This document shows positions 28,184 to 37,331 of a DNA stretch of 64,000 nucleotides, piece by piece; positions within the stretch are counted from its first letter, which is position 1, and each line of letters begins with the position of its first letter. Where the stretch lies: NCBI GenBank assembly GCA_963674825.1, contig OY771587.1, positions 544,001-608,000 on the forward strand, given 5' to 3'. Source of the stretch: Candidatus Cloacimonadales bacterium (GTDB lineage Bacteria; Cloacimonadota; Cloacimonadia; Cloacimonadales; JAIOQZ01). The translations under genes were made by a program, and so were the position numbers. The notes under the pieces were generated by a model that was not told where the DNA came from, searched no databases, and saw only the letters and a list, made by a program, of their open reading frames with translations.

Positions 28184-29554
28184 CTAACCCTTTAAAAAAT
28201 CTTCGCCATATTTCCAGATCGAACCAGCACCCATTGTGATCAGGATATCCCCATCCTGCACCAGGCTTTGCATCTTCGGAACGATCTCTTCATTCGATTC
28301 GATATAATGTACGTTGTGATGACCCGACTGGATCGCTGCTTCCGCGATCATTTTGCCGCTGATGCCGGGAATCGGCTTCTCGCGTGCAGGGTATATCGGC
28401 GTCACAACCAGCACATCCGACTGGAAGAAAGACCTGCCGAAGTGCTCGTAGAAATCTCTCGTGCGTGAGTACAGATGCGGCTGGAATACAACCACGAGTC
28501 TGCGGTCCGTATTGGCGCGAATGCCCTTCAGTGTCGCCAGGATCTCAGACGGATGATGCGCGTAATCGTCATAAACCGTTATCCCGTTTAGTTCACCTTT
28601 GTACTCGAATCTTCGAAACACACCACTGTACTCTGCCAGTCCATTTTGGATCGATTCGAACGCAATGTTCAGATCCAGTGCGATCGAGACCGCCATGAGC
28701 GAATTCAGGATGTTGTGATGGCCCGGAACTTGAAGATGAATCCGGCCCAGCGTGTATCCCTTGAAGACGACGTCGTAAGACGACTTGAAATCCTTCATTT
28801 CGATATTCATAGCCCGTACATCCGCCTGACGCGACATTCCATAGGTGATTACTTTCTTGTGAAAGCGGGGCAGAACTGCCTGTACACCCGGGTCGTCCAG
28901 ACAGGCCACGATGCTGCCGAAAAAAGGAACCTTGTTCGCGTAGCTGATAAACGCGTCCTTGATGCCATCCAGATCGGGATAACAGTCCAGATGATCGGCG
29001 TCGATGTTGGTCACACCCGCAATAATCGGTGTCAGCGAGAGAAACGACTGATCGAATTCGTCCGCTTCCACCACAATGTATTCACCGGCGCCAAGCAGGT
29101 TGTTCGACCCGAAATTCTTCACCTTGCCACCCACGATAATCGTCGGATCAAGCTCAGCAGCTTTGAGAACAAGTCCCACCATCGAAGTGGTGGTCGTCTT
29201 TCCATGAGTTCCCGCGATGCCGATACCGTAGCTCATACGGGTGATCTCAGCGAGCATTTCTGCACGGCGGATCACTGGAATCTTGCGGGAAAATGCGCTC
29301 TTGATCTCGGGGTTGTCGTCTGTAACCGCGGAGGATTTCACCACCACATCCGCGTCGATAACAACATCCGGATCATGCCCGATCCGCACCTGTATTCCGA
29401 TGTCGCTCAGGTGACGGGTCATTTCCGATTCGCGCATGTCGGAGCCGGATACGTCGAAGCCTTGAATATGCAACAGCTCCGCGATTCCGCTCATTCCGAT
29501 TCCGCCAATTCCGACGAAGTGTACTTTCTTAGTCGATCCGAACATTTTCTTCAT
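28184..29554 (-). CDS. murC: UDP-MurNAc-L-alanine ligase
   Basis: HFVGIGGIGMSG, GTHGKTTT, EADE and DDYAHHP. Confidence 0.98.
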   Translation of the reverse strand: MKKMFGSTKKVHFVGIGGIGMSGIAELLHIQGFDVSGSDMRESEMTRHLSDIGIQVRIGHDPDVVIDADVVVKSSAVTDDNPEIKSAFSRKIPVIRRAEMLAEITRMSYGIGIAGTHGKTTTTSMVGLVLKAAELDPTIIVGGKVKNFGSNNLLGAGEYIVVEADEFDQSFLSLTPIIAGVTNIDADHLDCYPDLDGIKDAFISYANKVPFFGSIVACLDDPGVQAVLPRFHKKVITYGMSRQADVRAMNIEMKDFKSSYDVVFKGYTLGRIHLQVPGHHNILNSLMAVSIALDLNIAFESIQNGLAEYSGVFRRFEYKGELNGITVYDDYAHHPSEILATLKGIRANTDRRLVVVFQPHLYSRTRDFYEHFGRSFFQSDVLVVTPIYPAREKPIPGISGKMIAEAAIQSGHHNVHYIESNEEIVPKMQSLVQDGDILITMGAGSIWKYGEDFLKG

Positions 29555-30620
29555 CCTTCAATATCTGTAAGACGATCTCAGCGATCAGGCTCGCAGCCTT
29601 GGGGTGCGGTGAATCGCCAAAACGACTTCTCATTTCATCCAAATCCGTGGTTATCTGCCGGATTGCCTGCAAAAGGCTATCCACATTCAGCCCCTTTTGC
29701 CGCACGACCAGCGCCACGCCTTTATCTTTCTGCTCCACCGCGTTGTGATACTGGTGATTGTGTGCCGCAGTGGGCAGCGGAACCAGAATCGAGGGGAGCT
29801 TCATGGTTTCAATTTCGGATAGCGTTATTGCGCCGGCTCGTGCCAGGACAAAATCCGCCTGTCCATAGTAATAGCGCATCGCGTCAGTGAAACCGAACAT
29901 ATGGATTCCGGGAACTCCATCGAAGCGCTTCTTCATCTCTTCGTAATCGGCAACGCCTGTCTGCCACAAGATATCCACACCGCTATCGAGTATATGTTGC
30001 GCCGCGTCGGCAATTGTCCGGTTGATCCTTCTGGATCCCTGACTTCCGCCGATGATCAACATCTTGCGGGTTCCTTCACGAAGATTCAAGTCACGAGGAA
30101 TTTTCACCGCGTCTTCGTCATCCAGTGGCAGAACCGGATTCCCGCTGAAAAAGCAAATTTCGTGCGGCAGGTGCGCAATAGCGCCCATGTTGCCGAGGAA
30201 AACCTTTCGCGCGTAGGTCACCAGATAACGAGTGGTCAGGCCCGGGTAGCTGTTCTGCTCCTGCAGGAAAAGCGGCTTTTTCATCAATATCGCTGCCATT
30301 GCAACCGGCCCAGTAACGAAACTACCTGTACCGATCACCGCATCCGGCTTGTAACGTGCAATTGTCCGCATCGCGATAACCAGGCTCTTGAGAAGCTTCC
30401 ACGGAAATTTAACGTGGGCAAAGGTCAATCGGCGATAGATCTTCTGAACGTCGATCAGCCGGTATTCGAGCATATGTCGCTGATAGAGCGTCTCTTCCAT
30501 TCCGCCGCGGTTACCGATCATCAGCACTTCCGCGTCGCGTTCCTGAAAAGCCTTTGCCAGCGATATTGCCGGAATGATATGTCCGCCGGTTCCTCCGGCT
30601 GCAATCATGACTTTTACCAT
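29529..30620 (-). CDS. murG: MurG glycosyltransferase
   Basis: AGGTGGHIIPA, EQNS.PG, GGSQGS and RAGA; start taken at MVKV. Confidence 0.97.
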   Translation of the reverse strand: MVKVMIAAGGTGGHIIPAISLAKAFQERDAEVLMIGNRGGMEETLYQRHMLEYRLIDVQKIYRRLTFAHVKFPWKLLKSLVIAMRTIARYKPDAVIGTGSFVTGPVAMAAILMKKPLFLQEQNSYPGLTTRYLVTYARKVFLGNMGAIAHLPHEICFFSGNPVLPLDDEDAVKIPRDLNLREGTRKMLIIGGSQGSRRINRTIADAAQHILDSGVDILWQTGVADYEEMKKRFDGVPGIHMFGFTDAMRYYYGQADFVLARAGAITLSEIETMKLPSILVPLPTAAHNHQYHNAVEQKDKGVALVVRQKGLNVDSLLQAIRQITTDLDEMRSRFGDSPHPKAASLIAEIVLQILKDEENVRID

Positions 30621-31795
30621 ACCTGCCTTCTTTTCGCGCTGATGTTTAAAAGCACACCAATGGAGAACGAATTCACTACCAGCGATGTTCCGCCATAACT
30701 GACAAACGGAAGCGTTACACCCGTCGAGGGAAGCGCTGACATCGCCACACCGATATTGACCATTGCATTTACGAAGATATTGAGTGACAGCCCGATACCG
30801 ACCATCTTCAGGAAAAAATCCTCCTGCAACCACGAGCTCGTCATACTGCGATAGAACAGCAGCGAAAACAGCAATAGAACCACCAGCGCGCCTAAGTAAC
30901 CAAACTCCTCGCCAATAATGGAGAAGATATAGTCGGTGCGGGTTTCGGGCAGATAGTAGTGCTTTGCCAGACCATTCTCGGGCCCTACGCCGATCAGCTT
31001 ACCGCTGGTCAGCGCTGTGAGGCTTTCGCGTACCTGGTAGTCGCCCTCAACATTCTTCAAAGAGGCTTCCTTATCTCCAAACGCTCGATGATAAAGCGAA
31101 TATTTCTCGAAAATATCCATGCGCGAGCTGCGATACTTCGCGCCAAATGCGATTACCGTTGTGGCTCCGACTGCCAGGATCAGCAGGATAACCAGAATTG
31201 TGGTCAGCCGTACCCGTGCGACCCACATCATGCCCAGCAGTGTTACTCCGGAGATAATGAGTGGACTGAGATGACGCTCCGCCAAAATCAATCCGAAGAT
31301 CAGCACAGGCATGATGATCAGCGACTTGAAGTGCTTCACAAAACCTTTGGGGCCAGACTGCGGCAGAAGGTCTTTCTTTTTATCCAAAATATGCGCGAAG
31401 TAGAACACCATAAAGATTCGCGCCAGAAGGCTGGGCTGAAGGTTGATCGGCCCAATGCGAATACTTCTGGTCGCACCTTTTACGGCGCTACCGATGATCA
31501 GCACCAGCACCAGCAGGACAATCACGACCAGCATCCCAACGAAAATCCACTTACGTAGCTTGATCAGGTTTTTGAAACGAAAAGTAAGATACATCACCGC
31601 TGTCGCTGCACCAAGGAAGATAAGATGGCGATAGAAAAACTGTAATCCCGAGCGCACCGAGTTGATATCGAGACTCACGAACAGCCCAATCAGGCACAGC
31701 ACCAGATAGCTTGCCAGAAGCAGGTGGTCGTATGAAACGATATACGATTTCGACGGCTTATCCGTCTTGATCTCGGTGTTGATTACATTTTCCAT
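30614..31795 (-). CDS. ftsW: SEDS protein FtsW
   Basis: GATR, LQPS, YLPETRTDYIFSIIGEEFG and GVTLPFVSYGGTS. Confidence 0.95.
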   Translation of the reverse strand: MENVINTEIKTDKPSKSYIVSYDHLLLASYLVLCLIGLFVSLDINSVRSGLQFFYRHLIFLGAATAVMYLTFRFKNLIKLRKWIFVGMLVVIVLLVLVLIIGSAVKGATRSIRIGPINLQPSLLARIFMVFYFAHILDKKKDLLPQSGPKGFVKHFKSLIIMPVLIFGLILAERHLSPLIISGVTLLGMMWVARVRLTTILVILLILAVGATTVIAFGAKYRSSRMDIFEKYSLYHRAFGDKEASLKNVEGDYQVRESLTALTSGKLIGVGPENGLAKHYYLPETRTDYIFSIIGEEFGYLGALVVLLLFSLLFYRSMTSSWLQEDFFLKMVGIGLSLNIFVNAMVNIGVAMSALPSTGVTLPFVSYGGTSLVVNSFSIGVLLNISAKRRQVW

Positions 31796-31796
31796 G

Positions 31797-33167
31797 CTAC
31801 CTCAATTCTTGTACGATCTCTTTGAAAACCCTTCCGCGGTGCTCGAAATTCTTGAACATATCATAGCTCGCACAAGCGGGAGAAAGCAGAACCACTTCAC
31901 CCGGTGCGGCTTCTTTGTAAGCGGCATCAACGGCTTCCTTGAGGCTACCGTAATGCTCGCTGGATACTTCGGGAGAAAGGTCGTCACCGATTTTACCGGC
32001 GGTCTCGCCGATCAGGTAAGCCTTCTTCACTGTATTGACTGCATACATCTTGAGGATCGAATAGTCCTCGCCTTTGTCCGAACCACCCATGATAATGCGG
32101 ATCGGTTTATCGAACGACTGTAACGCGAATCGAACCGAGTCCGAATTGGTCGCCTTGGAATCGTTTACAAACAACACACCATTTAGCGTTCGCACTGTTT
32201 CCAGTCGGTGTTCAAGCGGCTCGAAGCTTCCTACCGCGTCACGAATCAGTTCAGGACAGAATGTTGGACGCAGCCAGGCTTTCTTGAACGGCATCGTAGC
32301 AAGTACAGACGCCATTACATTGGCGAGATTATGCGGCCCGATAAGCTTCATCTTCGCGGGATCCAGCTCAATAATGTGACACCACTCATTCTCATCGAAA
32401 TATATCTTTCCATTTTTAACATAGCCATCGAATTCACCCTGTTTCTGAGTAGAAAATCGAAGCTTTCTCGCCTTGAAAAAGTGCTCGTAGTGCGCGATCA
32501 CAGGGTCATCCGCCAAGTAAACAATGATATCGCTCTCTGTTTGGTTGCGAGTGATGTCAATTTTAGTCAGTGCGTAGTGATCGAACGAATCGTATCGGTT
32601 CAGGTGATCTGGTGTAATGTTCAGCAAGACGGCTACATCCGGACGAAAATCGACGATCCGCTCCAACTGGAAGCTGCTGATCTCCAGCACGATAAAATCA
32701 ATGCCCGGCTCTTCGATCGGGAAAGCGGTAAACGCGTCTCCGATATTGCCGGCCAGAATCGTGTTAAAATCCTTTTCCCGCATGATATGCGCGATCAGCG
32801 TCGCCGTGGTGCTTTTACCGTTCGAACCCGTCACCGCGATAATACGGCTGGAGGGATGCTTGATCCTGTAACCCAGCTCAATCTCGCTGATGATCTCGAT
32901 CTCTCGCATCTGTGCTTCTTTAAGGATCGGGATATTGCCCGGAACACCAGGGCTCAAGACGATCAGATCGCTATCCAGAACGCGTTCGGTGTGTCCACCG
33001 AATTCGCATTCAAAACGCTGTTCCATGCCCTCGGCACCCTTGACCTGATCCTGCTGTTTCGATTCGGAAAGTAAAACTTTCGCGCCAAGTTTCGTAAGTT
33101 TATCGGCCGCGGCAATTCCGCTTCGTGCCGCGCCGATCACCGCTACATTCATTTCATTCCAGTTCAT
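31797..33167 (-). CDS. murD: UDP-MurNAc-L-Ala-D-glutamate ligase
   Basis: SPGVP, TGSNGKST, EISSFQL, PDHLNRY, NDSKATN and SPACASYD. Confidence 0.98.
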   Translation of the reverse strand: MNWNEMNVAVIGAARSGIAAADKLTKLGAKVLLSESKQQDQVKGAEGMEQRFECEFGGHTERVLDSDLIVLSPGVPGNIPILKEAQMREIEIISEIELGYRIKHPSSRIIAVTGSNGKSTTATLIAHIMREKDFNTILAGNIGDAFTAFPIEEPGIDFIVLEISSFQLERIVDFRPDVAVLLNITPDHLNRYDSFDHYALTKIDITRNQTESDIIVYLADDPVIAHYEHFFKARKLRFSTQKQGEFDGYVKNGKIYFDENEWCHIIELDPAKMKLIGPHNLANVMASVLATMPFKKAWLRPTFCPELIRDAVGSFEPLEHRLETVRTLNGVLFVNDSKATNSDSVRFALQSFDKPIRIIMGGSDKGEDYSILKMYAVNTVKKAYLIGETAGKIGDDLSPEVSSEHYGSLKEAVDAAYKEAAPGEVVLLSPACASYDMFKNFEHRGRVFKEIVQELR

Positions 33168-33214
33168 GATCAACCTTTGATTCTATCTTTCCTTATTATA
33201 CTATTTATAGGCAC

Positions 33215-33427
33215 TTATGTAAGCCCATATGCTTCTTTCATTCTTGCGAAGGGATTGGCTCTGCGATTTTCTTTTTCGACCGGATACATCTCTTTCATGC
33301 ACTGCGGACAGAGTCCGTAGGTAAGTGTCGCAGAAACGAAATCCGCCGGAATACTGTAATCCCAGCAATGCTCGTTCTGCTGTATCTTGTTGCATGCGCA
33401 GCAAATCTGGACCGTAACATCACTCAT
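33215..33427 (-). CDS. Small CxxC...CxxC zinc-ribbon-like protein
   Basis: 70 aa, ICCACNKI...W...TYGLCPQC; GAGG SD; co-oriented inside the dcw cluster. Confidence 0.7.
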   Translation of the reverse strand: MSDVTVQICCACNKIQQNEHCWDYSIPADFVSATLTYGLCPQCMKEMYPVEKENRRANPFARMKEAYGLT

Positions 33428-33448
33428 AACAACCTCTTCATTGCCACG

Positions 33449-34552
33449 TCAGCGCAGCTTGATCGTTGCCAAGCCTATCGCTGCAAGCAGCGTGGCGACA
33501 ATCCAGAACCGTACGACGATCTTCTCTTCCGACATCCCCTTAAGCTCGAAGTGGTGGTGCAACGGCGCACACCGGAAGATGCGTTTGCCGGTTCCATAGC
33601 GGCGACGCGTGTATTTGAAATAATATGTTTGCATCATCGAAGACAGCGCTTCGACCACGAAAATTCCAGCAATGATGATAAAGAAAATCTCTTCCTTGAG
33701 CAGAATCGCCAGGTTGGCCATTAATCCGCCCAGCGTGAGCGATCCCGTGTCCCCCATAAAAATCTCGGCAGGCTTGATATTGAACCACAAGAAGCCAAGC
33801 AGCGTCCCGATCAGAGCTGCCGTGAAGACGGTCAGCTCGCCTGCTTCGGGCATAAATTCCAAATGCAGGTAGGTCGCCAGCTTGATGTTACCTTTCAGAT
33901 AGGCCATGATGCCGATTGCGAAGGTTGCAATCGCTGTGGTACCTCCCGCCAGACCATCCAAGCCGTCGGTGAGGTTGACCGCGTTCGATGTTCCGGTAAT
34001 CATAAGGATCACGAACGGGATGAAGAAAATCCCCAATGAAATCGTAATCCCCTTGAAAAACGGAAGGCTGATCTCCGTGATATTGGGTACATTGGTGTGA
34101 TTGAAATACAGAGCCAGCGCAATGATCAATCCTAATGAAATCTGGCCGTAGAGCTTGTAACGCGCCACGAGACCTTTTTCCAGCTTCTTGAAATTCTTCA
34201 GATAGTCATCCAGGAATCCCAAGCCACCCAGCCACAGCACCGTCAGGTACATAAACAGGATGTTGGTGTTCACCAGGTTGTTCCAAAGAAGGGACGAGAT
34301 AATCAGCCCACTCAGGATAATCAGACCACCCATTGTAGGTGTGCCCTGTTTGGCTTTGTGCGCGGCGGGAACGTCGCTATTGATCATCTCCACTGCCTGG
34401 CGATCTCTCAGCAGCCTGATCAAACGAGGTCCCAGCAGGAACGAGAAGACCAGAGCTGTTATAAATGCCGCCACAGACCGAAAGGTCACGTAGCGAAACA
34501 CGTTGAAAACGATGCTCTGCTCTGCCAGCGGAGAAAACAGATGATAAAACAT
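33449..34552 (-). CDS. mraY: Phospho-MurNAc-pentapeptide transferase
   Basis: KQGTPTMGG, GFLDDY, NAVNLTDGLDGL, FMGDTGS and APLHHHFE. Confidence 0.98.
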   Translation of the reverse strand: MFYHLFSPLAEQSIVFNVFRYVTFRSVAAFITALVFSFLLGPRLIRLLRDRQAVEMINSDVPAAHKAKQGTPTMGGLIILSGLIISSLLWNNLVNTNILFMYLTVLWLGGLGFLDDYLKNFKKLEKGLVARYKLYGQISLGLIIALALYFNHTNVPNITEISLPFFKGITISLGIFFIPFVILMITGTSNAVNLTDGLDGLAGGTTAIATFAIGIMAYLKGNIKLATYLHLEFMPEAGELTVFTAALIGTLLGFLWFNIKPAEIFMGDTGSLTLGGLMANLAILLKEEIFFIIIAGIFVVEALSSMMQTYYFKYTRRRYGTGKRIFRCAPLHHHFELKGMSEEKIVVRFWIVATLLAAIGLATIKLR

Positions 34553-34553
34553 A

Positions 34554-37331
34554 TTACAACCTTCCCGTCAGTTTTTCCAGATGAATACCATGCGAGGCTT
34601 TGATCAGAATCACGGCGTTCTTCGGCAGATCATCCAGCGCGTCTGATTCCAGCAGCGCTTTCACGTTATCGAAGTGGCGACCGGCACCATAGTGGATCGA
34701 GTCTTTACCGATCGAGAAAATCCGCATACCCGGGCCTTTAAGCTCTTTGCCAACAGCTTTGTGATATTTCTCGCTGCTCTCGCCCAGTTCGAGCATATCG
34801 CCCAGGAAAGCCACGTGAAATCGATTCGGCTCGAAGTCTTTCCAGAAGCGAATCGCGGCGATCATCGAGGTGGGATTAGCATTGTAGCAGTCGGCAATCA
34901 CGATGCGATCGCCAGACGTGAAAATGTTCGTCCGCATACCGATCTCGAGCGGCTTTCGAAGGCCATTGCGAATCGATTCCGCGTCAATCCCGAGTTCGCC
35001 GCATACAGCCACGGCTGCCAGCGCGTTTTCGGCAAGGTAGGGAACCGGCGTCGCGATCCGGTACGATTGCCCTTTGATTTCGAACGTGACACCGGAGGCA
35101 TCAGGCTCGATGTTAGAGAGTTCGTAGTCGCCTCTATTTCCAAATGTTACGGATTCTTTTCGATAGTCTTTCAGGACGAAATCCGACGGAATAATCTTTT
35201 TGTCTGTAGTAAAATTCAATAACTCGGCCTTCTCGCGCGCAACGCCCTTTTCATCGCCGAAAAATTCCAGATGCGACGGGCCGATGGAGGTGATGAGACC
35301 GATTTCGGGTGCAAGAATCCTGGCGATATGCTTCATTTCGCCCGGGTGATTGGTACCCAACTCGACCACAGCATAGTCATGCCATGTGCGCAGCTTGAAG
35401 AGCGTCTTGGGGACACCGATCTGGTTGTTCTCGTTGGCGTGCGTAAAATGAACCTTGCCAACCTCACTCAGGATACCTGTGAGCATCGCCTTGGTTGTGG
35501 TCTTCCCCACGCTGCCGGTCAGGCCGATACGCGTTGCCGGGAAAATTCGTGCGTACGCTTTCGCGAGCTTCTGATACGCGTCTGTCGTATCCTTAACGAC
35601 GATTGTCCGGTCATCCGGGAAGGCTCTACTGACTACCGCCATGCAGCGCTCTTCCTCCAGCGCGTCGAAAACGAAGCTATGTCCATCAAAGCGCTCACCC
35701 TTGATCGCGAAGTAGAGCGATTCGGGACGTATGGTGCGCGTATCGGTCGAAATGTAGCGGAAATAGTTTTCGCCAGCGATCTCTACGCCGAAAATCCGCT
35801 CCAGCATCATGCTGTCGATAGGGATATCCAGTTCGATTGTGCTGATGTCGCCGGCTGCATCGCGAGCAGCGAGCTCCACCTGGATTTGGCGCGCAATGGC
35901 GGCATCGTCGAAGTCATGCTTCTTGTCGCCAATCTGCTGATACTTTTCGTGTCCCTTCCCGGCGATCAACACGATATCATCTTTGCCAGCAAGCCTGATC
36001 GCGGCCTCAATGGCCATTTTGCGATCGCGTAGAATCCAAATGGGCGCGTCTTGATCAATCTCGCGCGTGATACCTTTTATAATAGACTCGGGAGATTCAT
36101 GGCGGGGATTGTCGCTGGTGACAATCGCAACATCCGCGTACTGCACGGCGATACGCCCCATCTCGGGACGCTTGCCGCGATCGCGGTCACCACCAGCACC
36201 GAAGACACAGATCAGCCTGCGGTGAGGAATTTCTTTCAGCGATTGCAATACATGCTCCAGCGCGTCCGGCGTGTGGGCGTAATCGATATAGATGCTACTG
36301 CCCGGTTCGATGGGCTCGAGGCGGCCTTCCACATGCTGGATATTCGCAAGCGCTTCCTGCAAAGTGTGTAGTGTAATATCGTAGCTTTCCTTGATGGCGG
36401 CAATTGCGAGCGCGGTATTGAGCACGTTGTGCTTGCCAATGAAATTAATACTGTAGGGCTCGCTACGCTGGTTGAAGTGCAGCTCGAATTCGCATCCGAG
36501 GATAGAGCTGCTCGTCTTGTCGATCATGTAGCTGCCATGCTCGAAGGAAACGCTTCTACGTTCGCACTCGAGGATGTCGAAAAGCTCTTTACCATATTGG
36601 TCGTCGATATTCACGATGGCTACGCCGTCGTTCTCGGTCAGGTAGTCGAACAGCGTGAACTTGGCGCGCTTGTAGTTGTCGATGGTCTCGTGGAAATCGA
36701 GGTGGTCACGCGTCAGATTGGAGAACACAGCCAGATCGAAGTTCAAACCATAGATACGATCCAGCGCGATCGCGTGCGAAGAGACCTCCATCACCACGCA
36801 TTGCACACCTTCTTCCACCATATCCGCGAAGATGCGATTCAGCTCCATGATGTCCGGCGTCGTGCGCTCGGAGGGGTAGTAATCGCTACCGATGTAATAG
36901 CCAAGCGTTCCGATCAGCCCGGTCTTGTAGCCGGCATAGTCCAATAAACCGCGGATCAGGTGCGTGATGGTCGTCTTGCCATTCGTGCCTGTCGCACCAA
37001 TGAGATGGAATTGACGGGTCGGGTCTTCGAAATATATCTTCGCCGCCAGTGCTGCTGCTTTCCGGGCATTATAAACGACGATCTGTGGTATGTTCAACTC
37101 CTGGCGTTCTTCGACGATCAGGATCGACGCGCCCATCGCAACGGCTTTCGGAGCGTAACGATGACCGTCCGTACTGAATCCCTTGATGCAGATGAATAGG
37201 TCGTTCTGCTCAACCTGGCGGGAATCGGTCTCCGGTTTATGTGCAATCATGCCACCCGGAGCGTCGTGCTCGACGAGCAGATGTTGTGTTTTCAAGTAAT
37301 CAATCAGCCGATCGATCGATAGTTTTCGCAT
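34554..37331 (-). CDS. murE-murF: Fused MurE-MurF ligase
   Basis: MurE: TGTNGKTT, MEVSSH, DYAHTPDA, DNPR and AGKGHE. MurF: TGSVGKTTTK, NNQIGVP, ELGTNHPGE, DCYNANP and KASHG. Confidence 0.95.
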   Translation of the reverse strand: MRKLSIDRLIDYLKTQHLLVEHDAPGGMIAHKPETDSRQVEQNDLFICIKGFSTDGHRYAPKAVAMGASILIVEERQELNIPQIVVYNARKAAALAAKIYFEDPTRQFHLIGATGTNGKTTITHLIRGLLDYAGYKTGLIGTLGYYIGSDYYPSERTTPDIMELNRIFADMVEEGVQCVVMEVSSHAIALDRIYGLNFDLAVFSNLTRDHLDFHETIDNYKRAKFTLFDYLTENDGVAIVNIDDQYGKELFDILECERRSVSFEHGSYMIDKTSSSILGCEFELHFNQRSEPYSINFIGKHNVLNTALAIAAIKESYDITLHTLQEALANIQHVEGRLEPIEPGSSIYIDYAHTPDALEHVLQSLKEIPHRRLICVFGAGGDRDRGKRPEMGRIAVQYADVAIVTSDNPRHESPESIIKGITREIDQDAPIWILRDRKMAIEAAIRLAGKDDIVLIAGKGHEKYQQIGDKKHDFDDAAIARQIQVELAARDAAGDISTIELDIPIDSMMLERIFGVEIAGENYFRYISTDTRTIRPESLYFAIKGERFDGHSFVFDALEEERCMAVVSRAFPDDRTIVVKDTTDAYQKLAKAYARIFPATRIGLTGSVGKTTTKAMLTGILSEVGKVHFTHANENNQIGVPKTLFKLRTWHDYAVVELGTNHPGEMKHIARILAPEIGLITSIGPSHLEFFGDEKGVAREKAELLNFTTDKKIIPSDFVLKDYRKESVTFGNRGDYELSNIEPDASGVTFEIKGQSYRIATPVPYLAENALAAVAVCGELGIDAESIRNGLRKPLEIGMRTNIFTSGDRIVIADCYNANPTSMIAAIRFWKDFEPNRFHVAFLGDMLELGESSEKYHKAVGKELKGPGMRIFSIGKDSIHYGAGRHFDNVKALLESDALDDLPKNAVILIKASHGIHLEKLTGRL

